Below the pieces are notes generated by a model, which had not been told where the DNA came from, searched no databases, and worked only from the letters and a program-made list of their open reading frames with translations. Positions 36,940-47,300 of a stretch of DNA of 64,000 nt are shown in pieces. The stretch is taken from IMG/VR virus record IMGVR_UViG_3300021164_001175, positions 1 through 64,000 of that record. One strand, given 5' to 3'. Position 1 is the first letter of the stretch. Each line of letters opens with the position of its first letter. The DNA comes from a virus. Its lineage: Duplodnaviria > Caudoviricetes. The position numbers were made by a program, and so were the translations under genes.

Positions 36940-38660
36940 TAGGTATTGATGACTTTCTTGGCCGCTTTGAGGGCGTAAAAGGCGGCAACAATCAGTGGCA
37001 AGCGCAGTGCCCTTGTCGAAATGATGACCAAAACCCGTCGTTAGCCATTGCGTACAAAGATAATCGAATCCTGGTGAACTGTTTTCGCGGCGCTAACGCG
37101 TGCAGCGCGCAAGAAATATGTGAAGAAGTTGGTATATCTATATCTGAGCTAATGCCGGATAAGCCAAAAGAGCAAAAACTGTCAAAAGTTGCTGAATATG
37201 ACTACTACGACGAAGCCGGGGAGCTGTTATTTCAGAAAGTTCGTTACGTTGACCAAGACGGAAGGAAGACATTTCGCCAACGCCGTCCCGTTGAGGGTGG
37301 ACAATGGGTCTATTCACTCGGTGATACGCCTAAAGTTCTCTACAATCTCCCCGCAGTGCGTGCGGCCATAGCAAGCAACACGCCTATCTATGTTGTTGAG
37401 GGTGAAAAGGACGCAGACATACTCATTTCACGTGGATTAGTGGCTACGACGATGCCTGGAGGCGCTGGGAAGTGGTTAGAAATCCACACAATGGCTCTTG
37501 TGGGCGGGACTATAGACATTGTTGCAGATAACGATGAAGTTGGTCATCAACACGCCGCTGATGTATTCAGAAAGTTGAAAGAAGTTGGCTGCGACGTAGC
37601 TTTATGGCGCTGTCCATCAAAAAAAGACGTTTATGACCACCTGGCTGCCGGCCTAAAGCTAGAAGAATTGATTCCTTTAGACCCGGAAGGTCTGATTACG
37701 TCAGAAACACCCGTAGATGCGGCTGAAACCGAAGAAGTCCCGACAGAAGTGAACCTCTTGACGCAGGCTATTGAGAAAATAGCTATCACATTGATGAACT
37801 CGGAGCTTTCACCGCAACAAAAGTTGCTAAAAGCAGCACTTATTTCGACTAGCGCAGCCACAGCGCAGCCGCTCGACACCGGGAGATTAGTAAATTGGCA
37901 AGATTTTGTCAATGAGGAGATGTCATCGAAGCCAAATTGGATTATCGAAGGCGTATTAGAAGCGCAAGAACGTGTAATTGTTGTTGCGGCTGAAGGCGTT
38001 GGCAAGACAATGCTCGCTCGACAGGTCGCAATCCTTACCGGGGCTGGTATTCACCCATTTACGTTCCAACCAATGGAGCAACGCCGCGTGTTATTCGTTG
38101 ACCTGGAGAACCCGGAACGCATTATTCACAAAATGTCAAAGCAAATCTTTGATGACGTAGCAAAAGTTGGTTGGGTAAAGAATGTAACAGCTGAACTCTG
38201 GATGAATCCATCGGGACTGAACCTGTTACACGCGCCTGATAGGCAAATACTTGAGGAAAAGATAGAACAAACACGTCCGGAACTCATTTGCTTGGGGCCG
38301 CTGTACAAGAGCTTCGTTGACCCAGGCGGCAGAACGTCTGAATCAATCGTTGTAGAGATTGCTAAGTACTTTGATTACATTAGAACGGTATATAACACTG
38401 CATTGTGGTTTGAACACCACGCACCACTCGGTTCGACCATGGCTACCCGTGACCTCAGGCCGTTTGGTTCAGCAGTATGGTCGCGTTGGCCAGAGTTTGG
38501 TCTTGCAATGACGCCAGTCCCGACAGGAGAGCCATACGTTTACGAGATACGGCACTTCAGAGGTGCTCGAGATGAGCGCGCTTGGCCATCATTGATAAAG
38601 CGCAGCCCACGTCCTGGGGGCCGCTTCCCATTTACAGTGTTAGAATATCTAAAGGTATGA
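36936..38660 (+). CDS. DNA primase-helicase (zinc finger + Toprim + AAA_25/RecA-like)
   Basis: CPC..D.NPSL...CF...C; VVEGEKDA; DNDEVG; AAEGVGKT; DLEN; PFGS. Confidence 0.88.
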   Translation: MIGIDDFLGRFEGVKGGNNQWQAQCPCRNDDQNPSLAIAYKDNRILVNCFRGANACSAQEICEEVGISISELMPDKPKEQKLSKVAEYDYYDEAGELLFQKVRYVDQDGRKTFRQRRPVEGGQWVYSLGDTPKVLYNLPAVRAAIASNTPIYVVEGEKDADILISRGLVATTMPGGAGKWLEIHTMALVGGTIDIVADNDEVGHQHAADVFRKLKEVGCDVALWRCPSKKDVYDHLAAGLKLEELIPLDPEGLITSETPVDAAETEEVPTEVNLLTQAIEKIAITLMNSELSPQQKLLKAALISTSAATAQPLDTGRLVNWQDFVNEEMSSKPNWIIEGVLEAQERVIVVAAEGVGKTMLARQVAILTGAGIHPFTFQPMEQRRVLFVDLENPERIIHKMSKQIFDDVAKVGWVKNVTAELWMNPSGLNLLHAPDRQILEEKIEQTRPELICLGPLYKSFVDPGGRTSESIVVEIAKYFDYIRTVYNTALWFEHHAPLGSTMATRDLRPFGSAVWSRWPEFGLAMTPVPTGEPYVYEIRHFRGARDERAWPSLIKRSPRPGGRFPFTVLEYLKV

Positions 38661-39298
38661 ACGACAAGAACAAAGTGATGAACCGAGAGTTCCTGGCTGA
38701 ACGGGACTACCGTATATTCGCCATGAAGAAGGCTGGACTCGGCGTTCGAGAGATTGCCCGACGTTTTGACATGACTACGGCGGCTGTAAACAAGGCAATT
38801 CAGCGGCAACTGGCCAAGATGAACCAGGAAGCGCAGCTAAATTACTCAGAAGTTCTACGTTTAGAGCTTGAGCGGCTTGATGCGCTGCAGTCAGCTATCT
38901 GGCCAATGACACAAAATCGAAAAGTAACGTCAGATGATGGCAAAGAAGTGCAAATCGAACCGGAAATCAAAGCAATTCAGCAAGTTTTGTCGATTATGGA
39001 CCGGAGAACGAAGCTGCTTGGTATGGATAATGTCAATATCAACGTACAAATGGACGTCCAGGAGAAGCAAGGGAACATTATCAAAGCAACTCTTGCCAAT
39101 CAGCAGGGTATGGCGGCTGGAGCTAACCAATTTAGTCCCGAAGAAGACGCACGTAAGCTGCTTGCCCTCATGGCCGCTTCTGGAGTGCTACCTGAAAGCA
39201 TACTCAATCAACTACTGTCAGGTAGTGAAGCAATCCAGGACGCAGAACTTGTGGAGAGTGATGAAACAATCGAAATCTATCCAAGAAGCAATGGCTGA
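38657..39298 (+). CDS. HTH protein, terminase-small-subunit-like
   Basis: GLGVREIARRFDMT HTH; ELERLDALQSAIW...IMDRRTKLLGMD. Confidence 0.55.
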   Translation: MNDKNKVMNREFLAERDYRIFAMKKAGLGVREIARRFDMTTAAVNKAIQRQLAKMNQEAQLNYSEVLRLELERLDALQSAIWPMTQNRKVTSDDGKEVQIEPEIKAIQQVLSIMDRRTKLLGMDNVNINVQMDVQEKQGNIIKATLANQQGMAAGANQFSPEEDARKLLALMAASGVLPESILNQLLSGSEAIQDAELVESDETIEIYPRSNG

Positions 39299-39584
39299 AG
39301 TGGTCGAAGACATGACACCACAGGATATGAACGTAAAACCAGTGGCCGTCACAGAAGATGGCGATAGTCCCGCTGATAAACAAGTCATTGTGCGGCTAAC
39401 TCTCGAAGAACGTGAGAACTGGAAGGCGGCTGCAGAGAAGAACGGCCAAACATTGTCTTCTTTTATCCGGGATTTATGTAACGCGCGTGCAGAAGACCTA
39501 CTTGTTTGTTCGCACCCGGTAAATCAACGTAGATTTTACCCTTGGGCCGAGTTCTGCATCAAGTGCAGCTCAAGGTTGAGGTAA
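39261..39584 (+). CDS. Ribbon-helix-helix (CopG-like) protein with C-terminal zinc motif
   Basis: VIVRLTLEERENWKAAAEKNGQTLSSFIR; TAA overlaps element copy 16. Confidence 0.65.
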   Translation: MKQSKSIQEAMAEVVEDMTPQDMNVKPVAVTEDGDSPADKQVIVRLTLEERENWKAAAEKNGQTLSSFIRDLCNARAEDLLVCSHPVNQRRFYPWAEFCIKCSSRLR

Positions 39585-39616
39585 TCGCCAAAAAGGTTGT
39601 CCCTAATTTGTAAGAT
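39583..39616 (+). promoter_or_regulatory. 34-bp element, copy 16 (leaderless ATG at 39623)
   Basis: AATCGCCAAAAAGGTTGTCCCTAATTTG-TAAGAT. Confidence 0.75.
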
Positions 39617-39622
39617 TGGGGT

Positions 39623-39766
39623 ATGAAAAACCACACAGAACCCGTATTTAGCGACAACCTCGTTGGCTGGGAAGCCGCAGAGGCTTACTACCACGCACAG
39701 GAGTTGGCCGATGAGGCTGAACGCAATGCACTAGGCATTGTGCGCGAAATGGCAGAGGAAATCTAA
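39623..39766 (+). CDS. 47-aa leaderless protein (below cutoff)
   Basis: MKNHTEPVFSDNLVGWEAAEAYY... Confidence 0.55.
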   Translation: MKNHTEPVFSDNLVGWEAAEAYYHAQELADEAERNALGIVREMAEEI

Positions 39767-39767
39767 T

Positions 39768-39953
39768 ATGAAAACCTACGAGGTTTCCCTTACTACTTCT
39801 ACTTCGGTCATTGTCCGTATTCAGGCAGAGAACGAAGAGGAAATGGCTGAAAAGATTTCTGATTTAGATGTGATGAACGCTTTACAAGAGCAGATTACTC
39901 AGGGTCAGACTTATCTTGACTGGGTCATTGACGACTGGGAAGAAATAGCTTAG
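39768..39953 (+). CDS. Small acidic protein
   Basis: GAGG RBS; MKTYEVSL. Confidence 0.55.
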   Translation: MKTYEVSLTTSTSVIVRIQAENEEEMAEKISDLDVMNALQEQITQGQTYLDWVIDDWEEIA

Positions 39954-40481
39954 TTACTTCTTCTTTTTAGTGTTTTCGTAGCGCTTCAGTAAGTTCCGGC
40001 CCTTAGCGGCGAGACGTGCTGCATCTTGTGCGTTCTTCGGGACTGGCTCACCCCAAGCTGCGGCACTCAACGCAAGTCGAGAAGGCTCTCCGTTTGGTTT
40101 AGTCAATGGACCGGAAGGATTTGTGAAGAAACGTGTAAGAAATGAACCTTTTCGACGCATCTTCTGGGGCGTATCAGCTGCACCCTTGACACCCGGACGT
40201 AAGTTGCCGCCACTTTGACGATTGAAGTGAGCTCGACCAGCCGCAGTGAGGCCGCCTTTAGGGTCTTTGAGCGGCTTTGCTGACTTGGTACTGATTGGAA
40301 CGCAGTTAGGGACCATCTTCCCGGACTTTCCACGCTTCATACCAACTTGTTCGTAGCCGGCCCAACAAGGACCTGCTGCTTTACGGGACTTAGGCCGCAT
40401 ATCTTGCGCACGTACGGCTTCTTCTATCGAGTTTTGGTCGCGCTTACGTCGAGGAACGCCGCGTTTCTTGCGGCCATTCAT
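39954..40481 (-). CDS. Basic phage protein with CWxGY...VPNCVP module and DUF6321-like module
   Basis: CWAGYEQVGMK...KMVPNCVP; KDPKGGLTAAGR...SFLTRF...AAAWG. Confidence 0.7.
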   Translation of the reverse strand: MNGRKKRGVPRRKRDQNSIEEAVRAQDMRPKSRKAAGPCWAGYEQVGMKRGKSGKMVPNCVPISTKSAKPLKDPKGGLTAAGRAHFNRQSGGNLRPGVKGAADTPQKMRRKGSFLTRFFTNPSGPLTKPNGEPSRLALSAAAWGEPVPKNAQDAARLAAKGRNLLKRYENTKKKK

Positions 40482-40528
40482 ATCTACTCCGTTGGCAGTT
40501 GTGCCGCGGAGAATACCGAAGTCAGACT

Positions 40529-41050
40529 TTACTTCTTGCCTTTTCCCTGGCTCGGGTTTGGTGCTTTTGGGGAGTTGCCGCCGGTCTTTGCAGCGTCGTT
40601 CTTCTTGCCAAACAACTTCTCCATCAATTCGTCCCGTGTAAGTGGCTTCACTGGGCTCATTTCTGCGCCGGCCATTGGCTTCTTCTTCATCATTGGACCT
40701 TTTGGCATTGGTCGAGCGGCACGTGGCATCATTGGACCTTTTGGCATTGGCTTGTTCATACCTTTTTTACGCATTGGCATTGGACGCTTCTTCGCTGAGA
40801 GTTCTTCTTCAGTTGGCTCAAGAACTTCTTCGTCCTCCTCCTCACCAAGCTCTTCAGCTGTTGGCTCGACGACTTCTTCGTCCTCTTCGCCTTCCTCACC
40901 CATCAAGCTCATGCCCTGCTTCTTCATCTTGCGCATGCCGTAGCCCATCTTGGCTTCCATATCGAGTAGTTCCTGGAGTTGCTTTTCTGCAAGCTCTGCG
41001 TACCACTCTGCTGTCATTTCTGATTCTTCTGGGTTATTGCTCTGAGTCAT
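40529..41050 (-). CDS. Low-complexity protein (acidic repeats, Met/Pro/Lys repeats)
   Basis: EEVxEPTxEEL twice; PMPKGPMM twice; AAGGA RBS. Confidence 0.65.
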   Translation of the reverse strand: MTQSNNPEESEMTAEWYAELAEKQLQELLDMEAKMGYGMRKMKKQGMSLMGEEGEEDEEVVEPTAEELGEEEDEEVLEPTEEELSAKKRPMPMRKKGMNKPMPKGPMMPRAARPMPKGPMMKKKPMAGAEMSPVKPLTRDELMEKLFGKKNDAAKTGGNSPKAPNPSQGKGKK

Positions 41051-41348
41051 TGTTCTTTTCCTTGCTGGAGTCCCGTTCAGTAGGGGCTTCTGGTTCGTTC
41101 CCGAATACGGATTGTTTTAGGATTTTGGAATAGGCACGTGCTAATGCGAATACTTTGTTTGGGTCATCAAAATTCTTCGGAGTCACCATGTTTTTGGTTT
41201 TTCTTCTTTCGGTTTGTACGTTTAATTAATCGATTATCGATTACCCAATCATCATACTCGTCTGGCACTCCTGTTTGGGAGAGACAATACGCTTGATACT
41301 CGCCCCATAATGATATATCATCATCTTCTCTTGGGTTGTAAGCCATAA

Positions 41349-44300
41349 CTATCCTTTTCTTGCCTGTCTGCCGGCCTTAGCGGCGTTACGTGTGTTGGAT
41401 ACGAACTGTTGTCCCGACCTGGAGCCTTCGATTTTCTTTCGATTTGTGGCTTTACGCTGTTCCGGGGTGAGCTTTTCCCAGGCTGCGTCCGGGAGGTAGC
41501 GGCGTGTGCCACCTGGCCGTTCTGCCGGGGCTCCGTCGGACGTTCTCCATCGTTCTTTTGTCCACTTTTTGAGTGAACGCTGCGTCTTTGATGGTTTTCC
41601 TTGATACCCGCCGCCTGCAGCTCGATATTTCTGGGCAACAAGTTGTGCTTTTCGAGCAGACCACTGTCCCGGCTTGCCGCCATCACTGCCGGCCATGACC
41701 TGGTTCTTGATACGTTCCCGAAGTGCCGGTTTTGTGTAATTCATCGACTTTGTGAGCTGCTCTGGCGCGTGTCTGGTGAAGTCCCGTACTGCAAGCTCGG
41801 CCCACTGCGGCGCTGCATTGAGGGACTTTGTTGCAATATCGACTAAGCGGCCAGTATCAGACAACGTAATGCCGCCGAAGTCCGGGTCAAGTTCGTCGAG
41901 TGGGATAAAACCCTTTGGACGCTTCTTGAAACGAGAAGATATTGCTTCCCACGAGGTAGCCATACGCCCAATCATTTCACGACCGAGTTTGGTAATGGCT
42001 TCAGTACGTTCTGCGAGTGCTTCCTTCACATTGTCATAGATTTCTTTAGCACGTTCTCTATCAATGATTGAGTTAGCTACCAAGTCTTTGAGTAGAAGCC
42101 CCATCATCTCGATGCCGCCCAATCGAAGGGCATCTTCTAGTCCCGAGTCTACGAACCCTTCTAGTGCGTTGACCTGTGTTGTACTTACGCTTGACAATGG
42201 GATATTAAGCTTCTGACTAATTTGGAGTTTTGCTGCCATCTGTGCAGTCATGACGCCGGCTTTTACCAAGTTGCGTACATCGTCGTTACCCTTAAAATTA
42301 TTCCAATGGTCATCAAACTTTTGGACTATCTCGTCGTACTTCTCACGTAAGTCACCTGTAAGCCTGGAACGAACATCATTTATGGCATCAAGAACTGCTT
42401 GTTTTCTATTTGCTTCAGTGATTGGAGCGGCCTTTGACGCACGTGCAAGTAAGTCCCGACCGTCAAGCGGCTTATCAACTGTTCCGCGGCTGGCAAAACC
42501 TGGCTTCTTATCTTTTTCTGCTTCAGCTGTCAATCGAGCAATGTCTATCATTGTCGATGTCCACTCGCCGTGTTCTGATTGCCACGTAGCGTGGTTGTTG
42601 TCATGTAGTCCCGACGTCTTGCCAGTATCGAGCAACGTGCGCTTCACCGGAGCTCCGGTTCGACTGTCCTCACGGTCTGCGGCTCGACGGATAGCCGCTT
42701 CGATGATAGCCCAAGAGGCTTCAGCATCAGCGTCGGCGCTATGCCAGTTAGTAAGTTCTACTCCATAGTGGTCTGCGAGTGCGCCAAGACGATTGGACTT
42801 AGGTGAGTCAGGGTCACCCTTCTCGTACAAGTGGTCAATCACTCCCTTTGAGTCAATGAACCCAGCTGGCTTCCATCTACCTTCTAGTCCCGTTCCTTTG
42901 AGTGCTTCTTCCATGACACGTTGGTCAAAGATTTGGTATTGACCACCCAATATTTTGTTCTCACCAATGAAGTCGAGTGCTTCTGCCATAGATTGTGCAA
43001 CTGTCGGCTGCTGTTGTAGCCACTCATCTGTCAACGGGACTTCTACGCCGTTCTCATCGAAACGTTTGAGGTTATCTTTCGACCAGCCGCCAAGCGCTTG
43101 CCCTGGGTTCATATACATATTCTTACGTTCGACGACTTTCCCATCGACTATCCGAATAATTCCCATTTGTACTGGCTTGCCGCCGTTAGTCATAATCCCA
43201 TTTGCGTCGTTCTCGATGCCGGTGGTCTCAAAATCAAAGAAAATTAGCTCACCTTTTGTAAGCCGCTCGAGTACCTGGCGATACGTCGTAGCTCCTTCGA
43301 ATAATCGAGCTGCTTCCCCGGTGTATGGCGATACCGGCTCACGCGGCTCACGCGGCGGCTCTGCCATCTTCGCGTCGGGACCAGTCCCGATAATCTTGGG
43401 CTTTTGCACCTTGTCGAGTCGGAACGTGCGGCCTTCTCCGAGTACACGGTCGAAGCCATCGACGTATGAAACGCCATCTTTTTCATAAACGTTCTTTACG
43501 TCGACACGTCGAAGCTGTCCGTTATACATAAAAGTAGCTATTTTTTTGTCGTCCAGGCTGCGTTGCAGCTGCGTCTTGAGTGATTCGATGCTGGCAGGTG
43601 TTATTTCGTCGTCTATTTCCATCGGGACTTCGTTGTCTCCACGTGAGGCGAAGCCAGGTACGTTCACTTTCTTGGCCACTCGAGACTTTCCTTCCGGTGG
43701 TCGAGCGTTGGGGAAGTATTCTTTGACGTATTTTGTTAGCTCTGATTCGATTTGTGCCGCGTCGTATCCAGGCTGTATGTTCATAACCGTAAGCTTTGGA
43801 AGTCCATTGCTATCCTCGATAACGGATACTCGTGCTACTCCGCGGCCGCTTTGTCGAACCATAAAAGTGTTTGTTGTCGAGTCAGTGTGATACAACTCGA
43901 GTTTTTCGCCATCTTCTGTCTCGAAGTAACGTGGTTTTAGCTTCTTGTAGCCGCGTCGCTTCTTGGTGCCGGCCACAGTCTGTGCCGGGATAGTCGTGTC
44001 AGTCCCGCCGCGTGAGGCGAAACCACGAGGAACGAGCGGCTCAGGGGTAAAGTTCTCAATCCAGGGCATACGTCGCTGCTTCTTGCCGCCTGGCGCATCG
44101 AACTCCGGGATATCGAGTAAGTCATAAATAGCTTCTTTTAGCGGCGTATTCATTACGTCAAGAGCTTGTGGGTTACCTGAGAGTATCGCACTCATTGCTT
44201 CTGCAACAAGCTCATTGGTGTTTGTTAGACCGTACTTAGTATCGGTTATTGGGAACTTATCAGTCGACCACAACGGGTTCTCACGTTTGGACTTGATTGC

Positions 44301-47300
44301 AACATTTGTGTCGTCTGAGTGCAGCAGCTTCCAGGCTTTAGCAGCGCGTGATTCCGGGTCAATCGAGCCGCGTTCGATAGCCAGGTTCATTTTGTAATCG
44401 AGATAGTGGCCGTACTCGTGTAGGAACGTTGCTTCGGGACTACTATCGAGAATCATGTGGTCACCGGCCTGTGGGATATGGCCGAAGTTCATACGTTTAC
44501 CCTCGACTAGGTTCTGATGCACCTTTGAGCCAGGAAAGAACTGCATCTGGCCGATACCAGGAAAGTAAGCTGCCGAAATTGGGAAGTCACCAGAAGCTAT
44601 CATTTTTCCGAGAACTTTTTCGAGACGTACCGGGTCGTCGAGTGTCGCCTCAATGTCTTTGCTAATAAATGAATTGTTTAGTTGGCTAAGTATGTCATTG
44701 CCACTATCACGTGTGAGTGCGTGCATTAGTAACATACGGTTACGTGAACGTTCACTACCCATGACCAGTGGTGGCAAGCCATACTTTTCTGCATAATGTC
44801 GCAAAGCTGGGGAAGTATCCAAAGCGTCTCGTAAGATTGTTTGAGCTTGCTTGACACCTTCTGGGGATAAGTCTGGTGGGTGCTGCTGTATCTGCTTCTG
44901 TACGTGGACGGCTAACGGGACTAACCAGGTGCGCTTGGCACGTGGATTGTCAATGTCACTCAGGTCAATGAGCTTGCGTATGTCACCTGGCTTTAGACCT
45001 TCTTTTAGGAACATTTCCTCAATGCCGGCGTCTTCGATAGCTTGGTCAAAGGCCATCATCACGTATTCCTCTTTTGAGGTAGGTACGGCATAGGCAATCT
45101 TTTGTTCGGTACTCGTGTTAGCGAATATCTCTGAACGTTTCCTTGTGGTTGTTGAGGTGAATATACCCCAACCAGTTTTTGTTACTCGTCCCTCTAAGAA
45201 CGGAGTTACTTCTTGTTCTACCTCTGGAGTCCCGCCGCGTGAGGCAAATCCAACATTGAGTTGTTCCACACTGTCTTGTGCGACATCATTGCCAAACACA
45301 ATATCCATTGCGTTCTTCATACCTGGAGATAACAATGCTTGTTCGTCCTCGTATGGAGAAGTGTATGCAGAGTATGCCTCTGCGAACATCTCAACTGGAG
45401 AAGTCCACCCATACATTGAATTTGCTTCAGGAAAATCTGGATTACGAAGTTTTTTTGTTCTATTTTTGTACTGTTCTTCCCAATCAGGCATATTTACAGC
45501 TTGGAAGAATTCTTCCCAAGTTTCAGACATAAATGCATCAACTACGTTGTATGCCTCACTGTTGCCTAGTCCCGCATTCCACATATCTCTCATAAGTTTG
45601 GTGTGGATAAAGTGACCGTATTCGTGACGAACCGTTCCATCGCCATCGCCATCAACGTGTGTGTATTCAACTCCTTTTGGTGCTTTTGTCTTCCATCTTA
45701 GGAAGTTGCTAAGAAGTCGTTGAGCTCTTGACGGAGGTGCATTCTCAATCAGACCCTCTCGTTGGTGCTGCCGGATTTCGGTGAGATAATTTGGTGGATA
45801 AATGATTATTCCGTTATTTAGCTCTTTGAAGCCGAGATAAGCACCATTGAAGTCCTCTAGGCCACGTTCCTCAAGTCGCTTTAGTCCCGCATCTGACAGC
45901 ATCACTGTTTGTGGAGTTCCATACATTTGGTGGTGACGGAAAAATGCTGGATTATTGTCAAGTATTTCTTTTTGTCCAATTCGTAACTGTGCAACTTCTT
46001 GGAAGTCAAAGAAACTCGCTAATTCATCAGGGTCGGTAGTACCGAACTTCGCACCAAAGAATTCCATGAGTTTTTCTGGTGTTATTAGACCTTCATTTAC
46101 CTTGTCATCTTGGTTGTCCGATACAAGCTTCATTATCATCTCATCAAAATTGGTTGGAATGCTTTCCTCAACCATTTCGGCTGTATCCATTGTCTTATAG
46201 ATAGGATGCCATTTATCCTTGTTTCCTGCTGGGGTAAGTACGTCATTACCTCTGGAGGCAAAGCCTTGTATCTCAACTCTTGCTTGTGGTGTGTATGACT
46301 GTTTCTCTTGGAGTTGTTCTACTAGTCCCCTACTTGAGTCAAGTTCTAGTAGTTCAGTGATAATGCCTTTGAGGCCACCACTTACTAAGTCATCATCACT
46401 TTGTTCAGGTGAGAGTAAGGCACTCATTGCCTCTGCGAACTGTTCTGCTGGGGAAGTCTCACCATATACGGTACGAACAAATGGCATCTCATCAGGTAGG
46501 TCACTTCTATCATGGAAGGCAGTGTCCCAATCAGGGTTGTCTAAGAGTGCACTGTATATATCGCCTACTGTGCCGAACCTCTTGAAGCCATCTGCTGACC
46601 ACTCCCCTGAGTTGATATATCGTGCAAGGTTCTTTAGTCTCTTATCACCACTATCCTTGTGCATATCACCAAGTGTTCTACCTACATGGTGACCGAACTC
46701 ATGAAGCATGGTGTGTCGTAAGCCTTCTTGTACGACCCACCTTCTGGACTTCTTGTTACCACCTGACATATGCTGTGGTGCAAGGCGAGCCATTATCTTA
46801 GCAAAGGTGACATTGCTAATCTTCTTTACAACGGTGTTCTGTTTCATACCTTCTTGTGAGTAGCCAATGCCAAAGTCACTAGAGTAGATACCACTGAACT
46901 CTGCTGCCACATCATCACTGAATACGAACATAGGTGGCATACCAAAGTCATCTACTAACTGTCTGAACTGTGGTGACTCATCTAGGTTCTTAGCAAGTGT
47001 TTCTCTCAATGCTCTTATCTTGGTAGGTGAGAAGTCAAAGGGTATATCGTTACCCATATCCCTACCCGTGAGCTCTTTTATTTGTTCTTGTATATAGTCA
47101 ATGACTGCTTGTCTATCTACTGTGCCTCGTTTGTTACGGTATGGATTAGTAGTGAGGTACACAACTGCTTGCTCTGCGAACTGTGCCATCAATCCTTCTA
47201 GTGTGTCAGGCACTACTGTCTCTACTATCTCTGCATTAGACATACCTTTGTGTCTCTTGCGATGGTTTTGTTTCTTATCGTTACCAATTGCATTGCCTAT

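Noticed and set aside
15784-39616. 34-bp repeats as a CRISPR array or integron attC sites
   Set aside because: The intervals are whole genes of irregular length, both orientations occur, there is no attC-like hairpin, and no cas or integrase gene is in the window.
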